The position numbers and the translations under genes are program-made. From positions 1-64,000 of the IMG/VR virus record IMGVR_UViG_3300045988_149268: 64,000 bases of DNA; one strand, 5' to 3'. This document shows, piece by piece, positions 49,466 through 60,232 of the stretch; the stretch's first letter is position 1, and every line of letters begins with the position of its first letter. This DNA comes from a virus. Under the pieces are notes generated by a model, which saw only the letters and a program-made list of their open reading frames with translations, did not search any database and was not told where the DNA came from.

Positions 49466-50061
49466 AAATTATAATTGCTTTAATGGGAAAGGCTGGGGCA
49501 GGAAAAGATACTTTGCTCAATAAAATTTGCGCCGAACACCCAGAATATCATAAAATTATTAGTTGCACTACTCGACCAATAAGAGAAAATGAAAGAAATG
49601 GACAAGATTATCACTTTCTATCACACGAAGATTTTATTCAAAAGGTATTAAATGGAGATATGTTAGAGGCCACAGAATTTAATGGTTGGCATTATGGGAC
49701 AATGAAATCAAGTCTTATTGATGGAATTAATATCGGTGTTTTTAATCCAGAAGGCTATGATTGTTTGACGCAATTTCCGATTAAAGACATTTGTGTTATT
49801 GGATTTTATATTAAATGTAATGATAAAGAAAGATTACTGCGACAGCTTAATAGAGAACAAAATCCAAGTGTAAAAGAAATTATTAGACGGTATAGCACAG
49901 ATGAAGCTGATTTTTGGGAACTTGATAAAGGAAATTTGCCATTGGTGTATTGTCTTAGTAACGACACTAAAGATCAATTTAACCAACTTATATCTCTTAT
50001 ACCAGAACTTGTGGGGAAGAAATCGCCAATACAAAACTTGGACAAAACTATTAAAATATAA
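49462..50061 (+). CDS. Guanylate-kinase-family nucleoside monophosphate kinase
   Basis: P-loop GKAGAGKDT plus TTRPIRENERNGQDYHF guanylate kinase signature. Confidence 0.6.
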   Translation: MKIIIALMGKAGAGKDTLLNKICAEHPEYHKIISCTTRPIRENERNGQDYHFLSHEDFIQKVLNGDMLEATEFNGWHYGTMKSSLIDGINIGVFNPEGYDCLTQFPIKDICVIGFYIKCNDKERLLRQLNREQNPSVKEIIRRYSTDEADFWELDKGNLPLVYCLSNDTKDQFNQLISLIPELVGKKSPIQNLDKTIKI

Positions 50062-50109
50062 TTTCTGAAAAATTATATATTATATACACTCGTCTAAGGA
50101 GGAATTTAA

Positions 50110-51855
50110 ATGACTACGGTGTTGAAAAGAAACGGCGATTATGTACCATTTGATAAAAATAAAATTATTTCTGCAATTAGTAAAGCATTTTTAGATGTTG
50201 ATGGTTGTTTGTATGAAACAGATACAATTACTGATATTGCCGTAGATATTGAAAGATATTGTTCAGATAAAGATATTATTTCAATTGAATAGATTCAAGA
50301 TAAAGTAGAAGAATATCTAATGCGCTCAGAAAGACCTGATGTTGCTCGTGCTTATATTCGTTATCGCTATAAAAGACAAATTGCCAGATCGGCGAGCGAT
50401 ACTTTTATGAAAGCAATAGGAGAAAAGCTCAATGGCGCGAATATTGAGAATCAAAATGCCAATGTTGATGAACATTCTTTTGGTGGTCGCAAAGGCGAGG
50501 CCGATAGTATTTTAATGAAGAAATATGCACTTGACAATATTGTGTCAGATATGGCTCGTCGCAATCATGAAAATAATAGAATTTATATCCATGATTTAAG
50601 TGATTATGCAGTTGGCTCACATAATTGTCTATCTATTCCTTTTGATCATTTGCTGGCGGATGGATTTAATACAAGACAAACTGATATTCGTCCTGCCAAT
50701 AGTATTAATACTGCTTTTCAGCTTTTAGCTGTAATTTTTCAACTTCAATCACTTCAACAATTTGGTGGAGTAAGTGCGACGCATCTTGATTGGACGATGG
50801 TTCCTTATGTAAGAAAAAGTTTTAGAAAACATTATATTGATGGTTTAAAATATATTGAAAATATAAATGACGAAGAATTATTTCAACATATTCCAATGAC
50901 CGCTGGAATTCAAGATGGAGAATATAAAATTTATAAAAGTGCATATGATTACTCAATGGAAATGACAGAACGTGAACTTCAACAAGCTGTTGAAGGTATG
51001 TACCATAATCTTAATACTTTACAATCACGTTCTGGTAATCAATTACCTTTTACTTCTATTAATTATGGCACTTGCACTTTACCAGAAGGTAGAATGGTTA
51101 TCAAGGCTTTGCTCGAAGGCTCATTAAAAGGCATTGGTAAGCATCATAGAACACCAATTTTCCCTTGCGGTATCTTCCAAATTGGAGAAGGAATTAATAA
51201 ACGACCTGGTGATCCAAATTATGATTTATTTAGACTTGCTTTAAAATCAACCGCAAAAAGATTATATCCAAATTATGCTAATATTGACTGGTCTGGTAAT
51301 ATTGGATATGATCCCAGCCGACCCGATACTTATTTCAGCACGATGGGGTGCCGCACGGCAAATGGTTGGGATATAAATGGTCTTGGCCAGCAGAAAGATG
51401 GCCGTGGTAATATTTGTCCAGTGACGATCATTCTTCCTACTCTCGCCATGGAAGCAAAAGAAGGAATTGACTTCTTATTTCCTGTTGACGAAACTCCTGG
51501 CTATATTGATACTTTTATGAAAATTTTAAATAAAGCTATTGATGATGCTAAAGATATGTTGTTAGAACGTTTTAATTATATTTGTTCTCAAAATCCAGAA
51601 TCTGCAAGATTTATGTATGAAAATGGATTAATGGCTGGTTATATCCCAGAAGAAGGCATCATTAGCGCTTTAAAACACGGCACATTAGCGATCGGGCAAT
51701 TGGGACTAGCTGAAGCACTTCAAATTCTAATTAATTGTAATCAAACAACAGAAGAAGGAATGATTTTAGCTAAAAGAATTGAGTCTCTATTTAAAACAAA
51801 AGCAAGTGAATTTAAAGAACAGTATAAATTAAATTTTGGTGTATATTATACGCCT
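50110..51855 (+). CDS. nrdD: Anaerobic ribonucleoside-triphosphate reductase NrdD, exon 1 (1 in-frame TAG)
   Basis: ATP-cone VLKRNGDYVPFDKNKI, class III RNR core; track ORFs 50110-50292 and 50320-51891 share the frame; exon ends ..GVYYTP. Confidence 0.75.
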
Positions 51856-52818
51856 AAGATTGAATTGGGCGTCGTACAAGTAATTGTATGAAAAAATAAC
51901 CTTGTTAAACGGGCAATCGTAATAAGATGGTAAGAAAGCCTAAACCCTCATGGGCATGGTAATCCCGTAGGATAAAATCTATTGGACAGAAGTGAAAATT
52001 TGTGTTTCATAAAAATTTATGTTATAATAGAACAAGAAAGTGAGGTTTTATTATGGCACGAAGAAAAATGACAGAGAGATTAATTAATCGCAACGATATA
52101 AAAGAAGAGATGCGATTAATTAAAGGAAGTAACACAGATTATATCACTCCAACCGGAAATATATATAAAGATTATGGCAATAATATGTTTTATCATAAAT
52201 CTGTTTTTCCTAATAAAAATAATGGATATTTGTATTGTGGAATTACTTATATTAATGGATAGCGACAACGAAGAGTGCATATCTTAGTTGCAGAAGCATA
52301 TTTGCCAAATCCAGATAATTTACCTATTGTATTGCACTTAGATAATGATAAAAAAAATTGTAATATAAATAATTTAAAATGGGGAACCGTAAAAGAAAAT
52401 ACTTAGCAAGCATTCAATGATAACCTACAAATTAATGATAAGAGTTGGAAAGACTCTCAGTCTATTCATGTGTGTAGTTTTGATTTACAAGGAAATTTGT
52501 TAAATAAGCATGGGTCTATCGGAGAAGCATCTCGAATGTTGCAAGTAACAAAAACAACTATTTTAAATTAGTGTAATCATAATTTAAAGACTAAACCAAG
52601 ATGCGGTTACTATTTTAGGTATTTATCTGAATATGAGTCCAAGGGTTTTGTTCTCTAACGACTATCGAAAATATAGTTATAGAGAAATACTATAATGAAT
52701 AAATGAGTAGAGTAGGCAATAGCCGAAAGACAAGGCTCTTATTATTTGGTAACAGAATAATAAGATGATAATATAGTCTAACCCTCTTAAAAATATCGGG
52801 AAACCGAAGGTAGAAGTG
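51856..52818 (+). mobile_element. Group I intron in nrdD carrying HNH homing endonuclease
   Basis: Upstream frame ends ..NFGVYYTP then stop after 12 codons; downstream exon resumes AENLCYTS.. giving conserved TPAENLC junction; exon1 ends with T, intron ends with G; internal promoter-like aaaaatttatgttataat. Confidence 0.65.
52053..52658 (+). CDS. HNH homing endonuclease (intron-encoded; 3 in-frame TAG)
   Basis: HLDNDKKNCNINNLKWGTVKEN HNH motif; frame open through TAGs to TAA ~52656. Confidence 0.6.
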
Positions 52819-53301
52819 GCTGAAAATCTTTGCTATACGTCAATGAAGAAATTTAAAGATAAATATGGGATTATTCCAAAAGTTTCTGATAAAGAGTATT
52901 TTACAAATAGCATTCACGTTCCAGTTTGGGAAAAAGTTGATATGTTAAAGAAAATTGACATAGAAGCTCAATTAACTGGATATAGCTCCGCTGGATGTAT
53001 TACTTATGTTGAATTGGACGCAGGTATGGAAAATAATTTGGATGCTATGGAAGAAATTGTTATATATGCTATGAATAAAGATATTCCTTACTTTGCCATT
53101 AATGTGCCGAATGATACTTGCCTTGATTGTGGCTATACTGGAGAATTTAACAATCATTGTCCAGAATGTGGCAGTCCGCATATTCAGCAATTAAGACGTG
53201 TAACTGGTTATTTAACTGGTAACTATAAAACTGCTTTTAATAAAGGCAAAATTCAAGAAACAGATATGCGAGTTAAACATACAGGATTAATGGAGGATTA
53301 A
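52819..53301 (+). CDS. nrdD: NrdD exon 2 (glycyl-radical and Zn-ribbon C-terminal domain)
   Basis: CLDCGYTGEF..CPECGS zinc ribbon and glycyl radical motif RRVTGYL. Confidence 0.75.
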   Translation, partial: AENLCYTSMKKFKDKYGIIPKVSDKEYFTNSIHVPVWEKVDMLKKIDIEAQLTGYSSAGCITYVELDAGMENNLDAMEEIVIYAMNKDIPYFAINVPNDTCLDCGYTGEFNNHCPECGSPHIQQLRRVTGYLTGNYKTAFNKGKIQETDMRVKHTGLMED

Positions 53302-53303
53302 TT

Positions 53304-53789
53304 ATGAAATATGCAGGTATTATATATAACGATGTTGCCGCAGCGCCAGGAATTAGTCTTTCATTTTACACCCAGGGTTGCCCCAATCACTGCCCTGGGT
53401 GTCATAATCCTTAGACTTGGGATTTCAATGGAGGCAAAGAATTTACACCAGAAGTGTTAGATTCTATCGTAACTGGGCTTCACGCTCATGGGATTAATCA
53501 TTCCCTTTGTATTATGGGTGGAGAACCATTGTGCCCAGAGAATCAATTTTTAACGCGATTGATTATTGATACGGTTAAACAGAAAAGTCCATTTACTCCA
53601 ATTTATGTATGGACTGGATATACATATGAAGAATTAAAAACAATGACTTCAAATCATTTAACCGCCATTCTTTCATCTATTGATTTTTTGATTGACGGCC
53701 CATATAAACAAGAACTTAGAGATGTTACGCTACCAATGCGAGGCAGTTCAAATCAAAGAATTATTGATATGAGAAATATTGACAATTAA
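53304..53789 (+). CDS. nrdG: Anaerobic RNR activating protein NrdG (radical SAM; 1 in-frame TAG)
   Basis: CPNHCPGC = CxxxCxxC cluster; MKYAGIIYNDVAAAPGISLSFYTQGC N-terminus typical of NrdG; track piece 53454-53789 in same frame. Confidence 0.7.
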
Positions 53790-53807
53790 AAAAATTTATG
53801 ATATTAT
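53779..53807 (+). promoter_or_regulatory. Sigma-A type promoter TTGACA-N17-TATTAT overlapping nrdG stop
   Basis: Consensus -35. Confidence 0.55.
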
Positions 53808-53829
53808 TTATATAGAAAAGAGGGATGAT

Positions 53830-54327
53830 ATGAAACGTACAGATAAAGCTATTTTTATGGAACAAGATGAATTTAATAATCTTGAAAAAACTTTTTCAAA
53901 AGAGTAGCGTGAAGCGTTTGAAAAGTATAAACAAGAGCATAAAGATGAAAAATTAGCAGAAATGTCTTTATATGAATGTAATCGCATGTTGATGGCAAAA
54001 CAGCCAGATTTTACAATTGAAGATATTGAAGCGAAAGTGCCATATCTTGAAAAATGGTTTGAAGAAAATCCAGATAAATATTTTATGCTTTTATGCAATG
54101 AATTAAATTATTATACGGTATTTCATCAATGTACAACAACTTTCGGCTCATTCACAAAGCTCGCTAAAGAAGTATTAGATTTAGCTATGAAATATATTGG
54201 CAATATCAAAGCAATTGAGACTGACACGAATGGCGTAATTGCCATTTGGGGTTGGCAGCAGGAAAAGGATGAATTGCCGCATTGTTTTTATTTATTCCCA
54301 TATGGGCAAGGAGTTGTTGAAGTTTGA
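53830..54327 (+). CDS. Hypothetical protein (1 in-frame TAG)
   Basis: ATG 53830 after RBS aaagagggatgatatg; frame joins track ORF 53962-54327. Confidence 0.45.
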
Positions 54328-54593
54328 CTTTATATTTTGAAACTTACGCAGGTTCGTTATGTGGTAAAGCTGTATTAGCAGATAACGACCAAATTATAGC
54401 ACAAATAAATATTCGTGCGAAAGATAATGTAGAACTTATTAATACCCTCGCTCATTATGCTTCTCAACATAACGTAGATTGTATTCAAACTAATAATCCT
54501 TCCTATTCAGCGCCTATCGTAGAACAAAAAATAAATGAAATTTTAGCTAATGAATATAATTATAATAAATATATAAGGATGGTATGTAAATAA
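54324..54593 (+). CDS. Hypothetical protein
   Basis: 89-aa ORF. Confidence 0.4.
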   Translation: MTLYFETYAGSLCGKAVLADNDQIIAQINIRAKDNVELINTLAHYASQHNVDCIQTNNPSYSAPIVEQKINEILANEYNYNKYIRMVCK

Positions 54594-54826
54594 TGAAATA
54601 TTTGCTGAACGTGGTTGAAACTTATCGAGTTGATACTGTAAATGAAGCGCTTGAAATGCGCGATGAAGCAAATGACCAGTCTGAGTATGAACTTGAATCT
54701 TTTCAATATACTACTAAATTTAATAAGAAAACTGAAGAAGAATATCAAGTAGTAAAAATGAAAAAGAAGATTAATGTGGAAAAGGAGCCGGCGAGCGTAG
54801 TGAATATCGCCTATACATTTGGATGA
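54593..54826 (+). CDS. Hypothetical acidic protein
   Basis: 77-aa ORF. Confidence 0.4.
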   Translation: MKYLLNVVETYRVDTVNEALEMRDEANDQSEYELESFQYTTKFNKKTEEEYQVVKMKKKINVEKEPASVVNIAYTFG

Positions 54827-55428
54827 AAATTGAAGCAGGTTTTGAAAGAATTACAAAATATCAAGAGGATAATGATGTAAAAATCCCTAATCGCAAGACC
54901 GCAGCGTCTGCAGGTTATGATTTTTATGCCGCGGAAGATACTATCGTTCCAGCTTATGATATTATGTTGTCTGATTTTCAAAATAGTCTTATTCAAGAAG
55001 AAATTTCAGACAAGGAACGCTTTAAGACAATTGAAGACGTAGATAAGGCATTTAATCCGATCTCTCTTGCGGATTTTGCCACTTTAACAAAAAAGTATAA
55101 ATTTAAACCAACTCTTGTTCCTACTGGTATTAAATGTAAAATGCCAGAAGATATCTATCTACAGTTAAGTGTGCGCAGCTCTTTGCCACTAAAGGATTGG
55201 CTTGTTTTAGCAAATGGTGTTGGTATTATTGATGCCGATTACTATAACAATCCAGACAATGAAGGACATATTTATTTTCAACTAATCAACTTTTCTCCAT
55301 TTCCGATTTTGATTAAAAAGGGAGATTGCTTTGGATAGGGCATTCTTCTTCCATATAATACTTGTGCTAACGAAGACAAAGTGACAGCAACTCGCGAAGG
55401 TGGCTTTGGTTCTACAAGTGGCAAGTAA
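54823..55428 (+). CDS. dut: dUTP diphosphatase (1 in-frame TAG near C-terminus)
   Basis: dUTPase motifs RKTAASAGYDFYA, RSSL, GVGIIDADY, C-terminal RGGFGSTG-like (TREGGFGSTSGK). Confidence 0.7.
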
Positions 55429-55935
55429 AAGAAAAATTTTAGCCTTAGATCAGAGCACGCGTGTGTCTGGCTGGGCTATTTTTTATGGAGATTAGTTAGA
55501 AAGTTTTGGACATTGGACGCATACCGCAGAAGATATTTCTATACGTATCCATGGTCTTTGTTAGGAAATTCAAGAGAAAATAGAAGCAGAAGATATAGAC
55601 TTCGTAGTGATTGAAAATATTCAGCTGGAAATGAAAAATAAGGATAAACCATTATTAAACGTTGCGACTTTTTAGAAATTAGCTTGGGTTCAAGGTGCAA
55701 TTATGGAACTATGTAATGAAATGAGTATTCCATTCACTCTTGTTTATCCAAATGAATGGCGCAAAGCATGTAATTTTTTAAAGGGGCAAAGTCCAAATCG
55801 TGATGCTTAGAAAAAAATTGCTCAATAGTGGGTGTTAAATACATATAATAAAAAATGCACACAAGATGAATCTGATGCAATTTGTATTGGCTGGGGTTAT
55901 ATACATTTAGAACCAGAAGAAATTGTTTTTGATTA
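55418..55935 (+). CDS. RuvC-like Holliday junction resolvase (5 in-frame TAG; GTG start)
   Basis: N-terminal KILALDQSTRVSGWAIF matches RuvC ILGIDPGSRVTGYAV; acidic catalytic residues later (DESDAICIG). Confidence 0.5.
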
Positions 55936-55999
55936 ATGGGCTGTTCTCAATAATCCTTCTTTCATAGAATTGAAATAATTTGTGAAGGGAGGAATTTTT

Positions 56000-56500
56000 A
56001 TGCCATTTGAACAACAAGTTTTTGATTATTTTCTTAAATGGTTCATTCCTTTTTTATGTGCAGGATTATTTTCTGCAATTTTTATACCTCTACGGAACAA
56101 ACTTAAAAAAGGACAAGAAGTGGCAGATCAAACTGAATGGGACAATCACGCTTAGGCAATTCAATAGCAAATAGATAATTTAAAAAATGAAACACAATTA
56201 TTATCTAAGCGAATTGACTTTTTACAAAAAGATGTAATCGAAAAAATTGATGAAAATACAAAAGGCATACGAACGGCGATGCTGCAATAGCAATTAAGAG
56301 GCTTAATCATTGATGGAAAGTCTTATTTAAGACGTGGTAAGATTACCATTGATCAATTAACTGATTATAATGAACGATATTCTACTTATAAAACACTTGG
56401 CGGTAATGGTCATGCTGATATTTGGGTATCAAAAATTCGTGAATTAAATATTGTACAATCGCTTAATGACAATGAAGAACTTGAAGGCTCAAATGAATAA
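56000..56500 (+). CDS. Membrane + coiled-coil protein (3 in-frame TAG)
   Basis: ATG 56000 after gaagggagga; N-terminal TM FLKWFIPFLCAGLFSAIFI; frame open to TAA 56498. Confidence 0.45.
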
Positions 56501-56545
56501 AAAAAATGGGGCGTCCGTAAAAGGACGCCCCATTTTTTTTATTTG
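56501..56545. terminator. Bidirectional rho-independent terminator between convergent + and - strand transcription units
   Basis: A-run, TGGGGCGTCC-GTAAAA-GGACGCCCCA stem-loop, T-run. Confidence 0.8.
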
Positions 56546-57060
56546 TACATTTCGCAGAATTCTTTTTGTAATGTTTGAATAAATATTGGACTAAAACTTG
56601 TTATTTGAATTTTTTGTCTTAATGCTTCAACCATCGCTAATTCGCATTCAACATCTTCAATTAGTTCTTCGATTTCTTCTTTATCGCTAATTTGTTCTAT
56701 TTCTGCCCATTCTGTATATAATGCTTTTTTTGTTTCTTCTTCCCATTTAATGTATTTGTCTAATGCCATTTTTAATGTATTCGTAACATCAGTTTGAGAT
56801 ACTTCGAGCGCGGAACGAGAATACCACTCATTTGGAATTAGATTCTCTGCATATTGGACATTTTGTAAATTAATTAGCATATGATGATATTTCAATATGT
56901 GACATTTAAAATTTTGTAAATGTTCGGCTTCTTCGCACATTTGACATTTTTGCCATTTATAAAATCCTTTCAATCCTAAAAAATGAAAGAGATCTGCCAT
57001 TTCAGTGTGGAACATAACACCAGCCAATAGATGTTCACCAATTTTTACTAAATGGGTCAT
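56539..57060 (-). CDS. Hypothetical protein (last gene of - strand operon)
   Basis: 173-aa ORF ending at bidirectional terminator. Confidence 0.5.
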   Translation of the reverse strand: MTHLVKIGEHLLAGVMFHTEMADLFHFLGLKGFYKWQKCQMCEEAEHLQNFKCHILKYHHMLINLQNVQYAENLIPNEWYSRSALEVSQTDVTNTLKMALDKYIKWEEETKKALYTEWAEIEQISDKEEIEELIEDVECELAMVEALRQKIQITSFSPIFIQTLQKEFCEMYK

Positions 57061-57470
57061 ACAGGTTTAACTGTTACAGCGGCGTTAGAAACAATCGCCG
57101 CATTTGCTCCTGTATTTACTACTGTTAATTGCGCAATGTTATTGATTGCTGGGCAAGAGGGAAGAACTCTAATTGCCGCGGTAAAGCTATAATTATCAAT
57201 ATTATTCGCTGTTGCTACGGTTGTCGTAGCCAATGCGCCTTTAACAGCGGTTCCATTATTATATAAAGAAAATTGTGACGTTCCAGTCGTGGCTGATGTA
57301 GCATCTAAATTTACTGATATAATATATGTACCAGCTTTATTAATTGTAATCGTCGGAGTTCCAGCAATATGAGTAATTCCATCGCAAGAACATTTAACAC
57401 CATTTGTATTTAAAACAACATCGCTATTAGCATTTACAGTTTGACTGTCAAGAGAGTAGGTATATAACAT
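57057..57470 (-). CDS. BclA-C-terminal/C1q-like beta-sandwich domain protein (Thr/Ala/Asn-rich)
   Basis: Start MLYTYSL after RBS gagaggaggctaacgtaatg; composition and pattern of BclA-like C-terminal domains. Confidence 0.45.
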   Translation of the reverse strand: MLYTYSLDSQTVNANSDVVLNTNGVKCSCDGITHIAGTPTITINKAGTYIISVNLDATSATTGTSQFSLYNNGTAVKGALATTTVATANNIDNYSFTAAIRVLPSCPAINNIAQLTVVNTGANAAIVSNAAVTVKPV

Positions 57471-57487
57471 TACGTTAGCCTCCTCTC

Positions 57488-58177
57488 TTAGACTCCGCAT
57501 CCACAATAATTATTCGTCGCCGCATATGGTGAAGAAGTTACATAGGCTGGACGTGGAACAGGCTGTAAAGCACCCAAGATATTTTGCGTTTGTAAGTTGT
57601 TAGACAATGCAGAGCGGGTAGTAGAAAGTTCATCTCTAAGAGTCTGAATTTGATTCTGCATCATAGCGTCTAAAATGCGTTGTGTATTTTCATTCTAAGC
57701 AGTAATAATATCGCAAGTATTTTTTGCATTTTCATAGCGCACTGCATCAATATTGCGGTTAGTGGTGCAGCAGCACTCTTGCTGAGCGAAACGATTTTCA
57801 TTCAGCTGTGTGCCAAGACCATAGAAACCATTGGTCATGGCCGATTGTAGATTAGTAAGATTCTGTAAATTATCATATTTCACAGAACCCCAGTTGTTTG
57901 CCGCATCGCGCTCAAAAGCACGAAGTTCAGAAGCGATTTCGCTCTGATTGCGGAAAACATCTTGCTGGCCGAGTCCTTGATATAATTCGGCTCTTGTCAA
58001 CGCTCCTTCCACAGCGTTGTTGTTGCCACCAAAGAATCCGCCACCGCCCCAGGCGAGTAAGAAGAACAAGAAGAAAACCCAAATCCAGGTTCCTCCTGCT
58101 CCACCAAAACCATTATTATTGCCATTTGTCATTGCCATTGCGTCTGCTAAGCTAAATCCGCCGTTTTCAAGTGCCAT
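57488..58177 (-). CDS. Glycine-rich membrane protein (1 in-frame TAG)
   Basis: GG-rich segments flanking TM WIWVFFLFFLLAW; frame continues through TAG to TAA at 57488. Confidence 0.45.
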
Positions 58178-58209
58178 TTTGATTTCCCCTTTGCTTTATT
58201 TTAGATTAT

Positions 58210-58401
58210 TTATTTATTAAACATGGATTGAAACTGCTTAAATTGTTGAAGCATTTGATTCATGTCTAAACCTTTTTCTTTGCAGATATTTAGTGCTATT
58301 TGTTGTAATTCTTCAGGTGTTTTGCCTTCCGCCATTTGCTGGGCCCTTGCGAATAGTGGATTATTAGAAAATAGGCTTAGTGGGTTGTTGTTGTTTGTCA
58401 T
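58210..58401 (-). CDS. Small hypothetical protein
   Basis: RBS aaggaggaggaactgcaaatg. Confidence 0.5.
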   Translation of the reverse strand: MTNNNNPLSLFSNNPLFARAQQMAEGKTPEELQQIALNICKEKGLDMNQMLQQFKQFQSMFNK

Positions 58402-58489
58402 TTGCAGTTCCTCCTCCTTGTTTAATCTAAGTTAATTGAGCACTAAGGTCATTAATCGCCTAATTAAATTCTTCTTTACTCACAAAATC

Positions 58490-58768
58490 CTAAGTGCTCG
58501 TCGGTTGAGGTGTTGATGGTAAGTCTGTTAATTCATACATTCTAAAAACTGCCTGACCATTTAGCCCGATTTGTTTTGTATAAATTCGATTATTTGAAAC
58601 ATCAGGAAAATAGAATGTCGTACCATCAAAATCAATTGGTATTGCGCGTACCTCATCAAGTGAAGCAACGGGACGACCGCGTAACAAATTTTGCTACGTC
58701 GCCATCTGCGATTCCAAATAATTTAACCGTTGCTATTGTTGAGGATACATTCCGTAATTTGGAATCAT
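58490..58768 (-). CDS. Small hypothetical protein (2 in-frame TAG)
   Basis: Start MIPNYGMYPQQ-Q-.. after RBS aaaggagagacaaat; extends track ORF 58490-58687 upstream through TAGs. Confidence 0.45.
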
Positions 58769-58863
58769 ATTTGTCTCTCCTTTGCTGAAATATTGAACTT
58801 TCTTTACCCTCCACTTTATATATAGAAGAGGGTAAAGAAATTATCCACATTTGCCCAACGGCG

Positions 58864-59265
58864 TCATTTAGCCGGGGTCTTATTTTCTTTTACTTGAGCC
58901 TCTATTAAATTCATAATATAACTCTGTAAATCACCAGTTGCGTTTGATAAATAATCTTTTGCATCTTCAGATAAAATTGCCATAATAGCGCTATATGTCT
59001 TTTGAAGTGCTTCTTTTTGAGCTTCTTCAGTAAAGGCGTTTTTGTCTTTTAGCGCATCAACATAAGTTTGATTTGTCGCAATAACACAATTTGTAACCGT
59101 CTTATTCAACATATCAAAATACTTCTTAAAAATTTCATTATCTGTCTTTTCTTTAAGTTCTTCATTTTTAACAGCAAAAAATTGAACCATATACTTTGTA
59201 ATAAGCCCCAATAGAGGAATAATTACAACCACAAAAAGATTTTGTAAAATTTCAGTCCAGTCCAT
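58864..59265 (-). CDS. Holin, phiLC3/Phage_holin_1-like
   Basis: 133 aa, single N-terminal TM VVVIIPLLGLITKYMV, long charged C-terminus; immediately upstream (in transcript order downstream) of lysin; RBS aagggagtatgattt. Confidence 0.55.
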   Translation of the reverse strand: MDWTEILQNLFVVVIIPLLGLITKYMVQFFAVKNEELKEKTDNEIFKKYFDMLNKTVTNCVIATNQTYVDALKDKNAFTEEAQKEALQKTYSAIMAILSEDAKDYLSNATGDLQSYIMNLIEAQVKENKTPAK

Positions 59266-59278
59266 AAATCATACTCCC

Positions 59279-60232
59279 TTATTTATAAAAAATAAAATAT
59301 TGTTTTGCTTGTGATCTTAGGTTAGATTTTTTTGATTTTGCGCGGGCCGCAGAACTTCCACCTGGGTCACAAATATAAACATAGGTATCGTCAACTTTCC
59401 ACCAACAGATGTAATGACCATGCTTTGTCCATACTCCTGGACCAACAGAACAAACAACATAGGCGCCATTTTTAATAGCCTTCTCCGCTGTTGCATATGA
59501 GCTTGTCTAAACAAAATTTGATGCTTTATATTTTTTAGCAACATATTTAAAGAAGCTCCAAGAAGTGCCATTGTTTTCTGTGCGGAATCCAGCATCAACT
59601 GCTAAAGCACACATTTCAACTGGTGTTATTTTTTTATCCCACCATGTAGCTACAATATCCGCCATTGCAGTTGGGCCACAACCAGAATTACCAATATTTT
59701 GTGTTTTATTATATGTATTATTTTTTGTGAAAACAACTTTTTTCCATTTAGAATCATATTGTTTGTAATTTACTGGCTGTTTAGTATTTGTGCCTCCACT
59801 GCTAACTGAATTAGAGCTATTGCTAGCAGAAGCTGTTCCAGATAAACCAAACAATGCCGCCCACGTTTTTTGTCCTATGATTCCGTCAGCAACAAGATTT
59901 GCGGTTGTCTAAAAGGTTTTGACATGAGCTTTTTCGTCAACTTTAAATATACCATCTTGAGCCATAGTCTATAGTAAACATTCTAAAACATTAACCCATT
60001 TACCAGAGGAACCAACTTTAAGTGTAGGGGCATCTTTTACAATTGCAGCATAAGTATTTTTTCCAACAATACCATCCGCTATTAATTCTTTACTTTTTTG
60101 ATATGCTCGAATAGCTTGCTCAGTATTTTTACCAAAAATACCATCAGCATCAATTTCTAAAATATATTGTAGAGCTTTGACATATTCATTTTTTGAGCCT
60201 TTTTTAAGAGTTACCATGTGGATTATCCTCAC
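59279..60232 (-). CDS. Peptidoglycan hydrolase: 2x PG_binding_1 repeats + Ser-rich linker + C39-like cysteine peptidase (3 in-frame TAG)
   Basis: PG-binding repeats ADGIFGKNTEQAIRAYQ / ADGIVGKNTYAAI / ADGIIGQKTWAAL; C-terminal GNSGCGPTAMADI (Peptidase_C39_2-like Cys) and GHYICWW His; track ORFs 59969-60232 and 59507-59854 are one frame; 59317-59598 is spurious. Confidence 0.6.

Noticed and set aside
59317-59598. ORF 59317-59598 (-) and 60340-60705 (-), 61243-61554 (-), 61319-61597 (+), 58656-58850 (-), 58576-58788 (+), 57898-58220 (+)
   Set aside because: These are alternative-frame artefacts inside the two recoded lysin genes and the neighbouring late genes. The real frames are the ones that continue through TAG with conserved domains.
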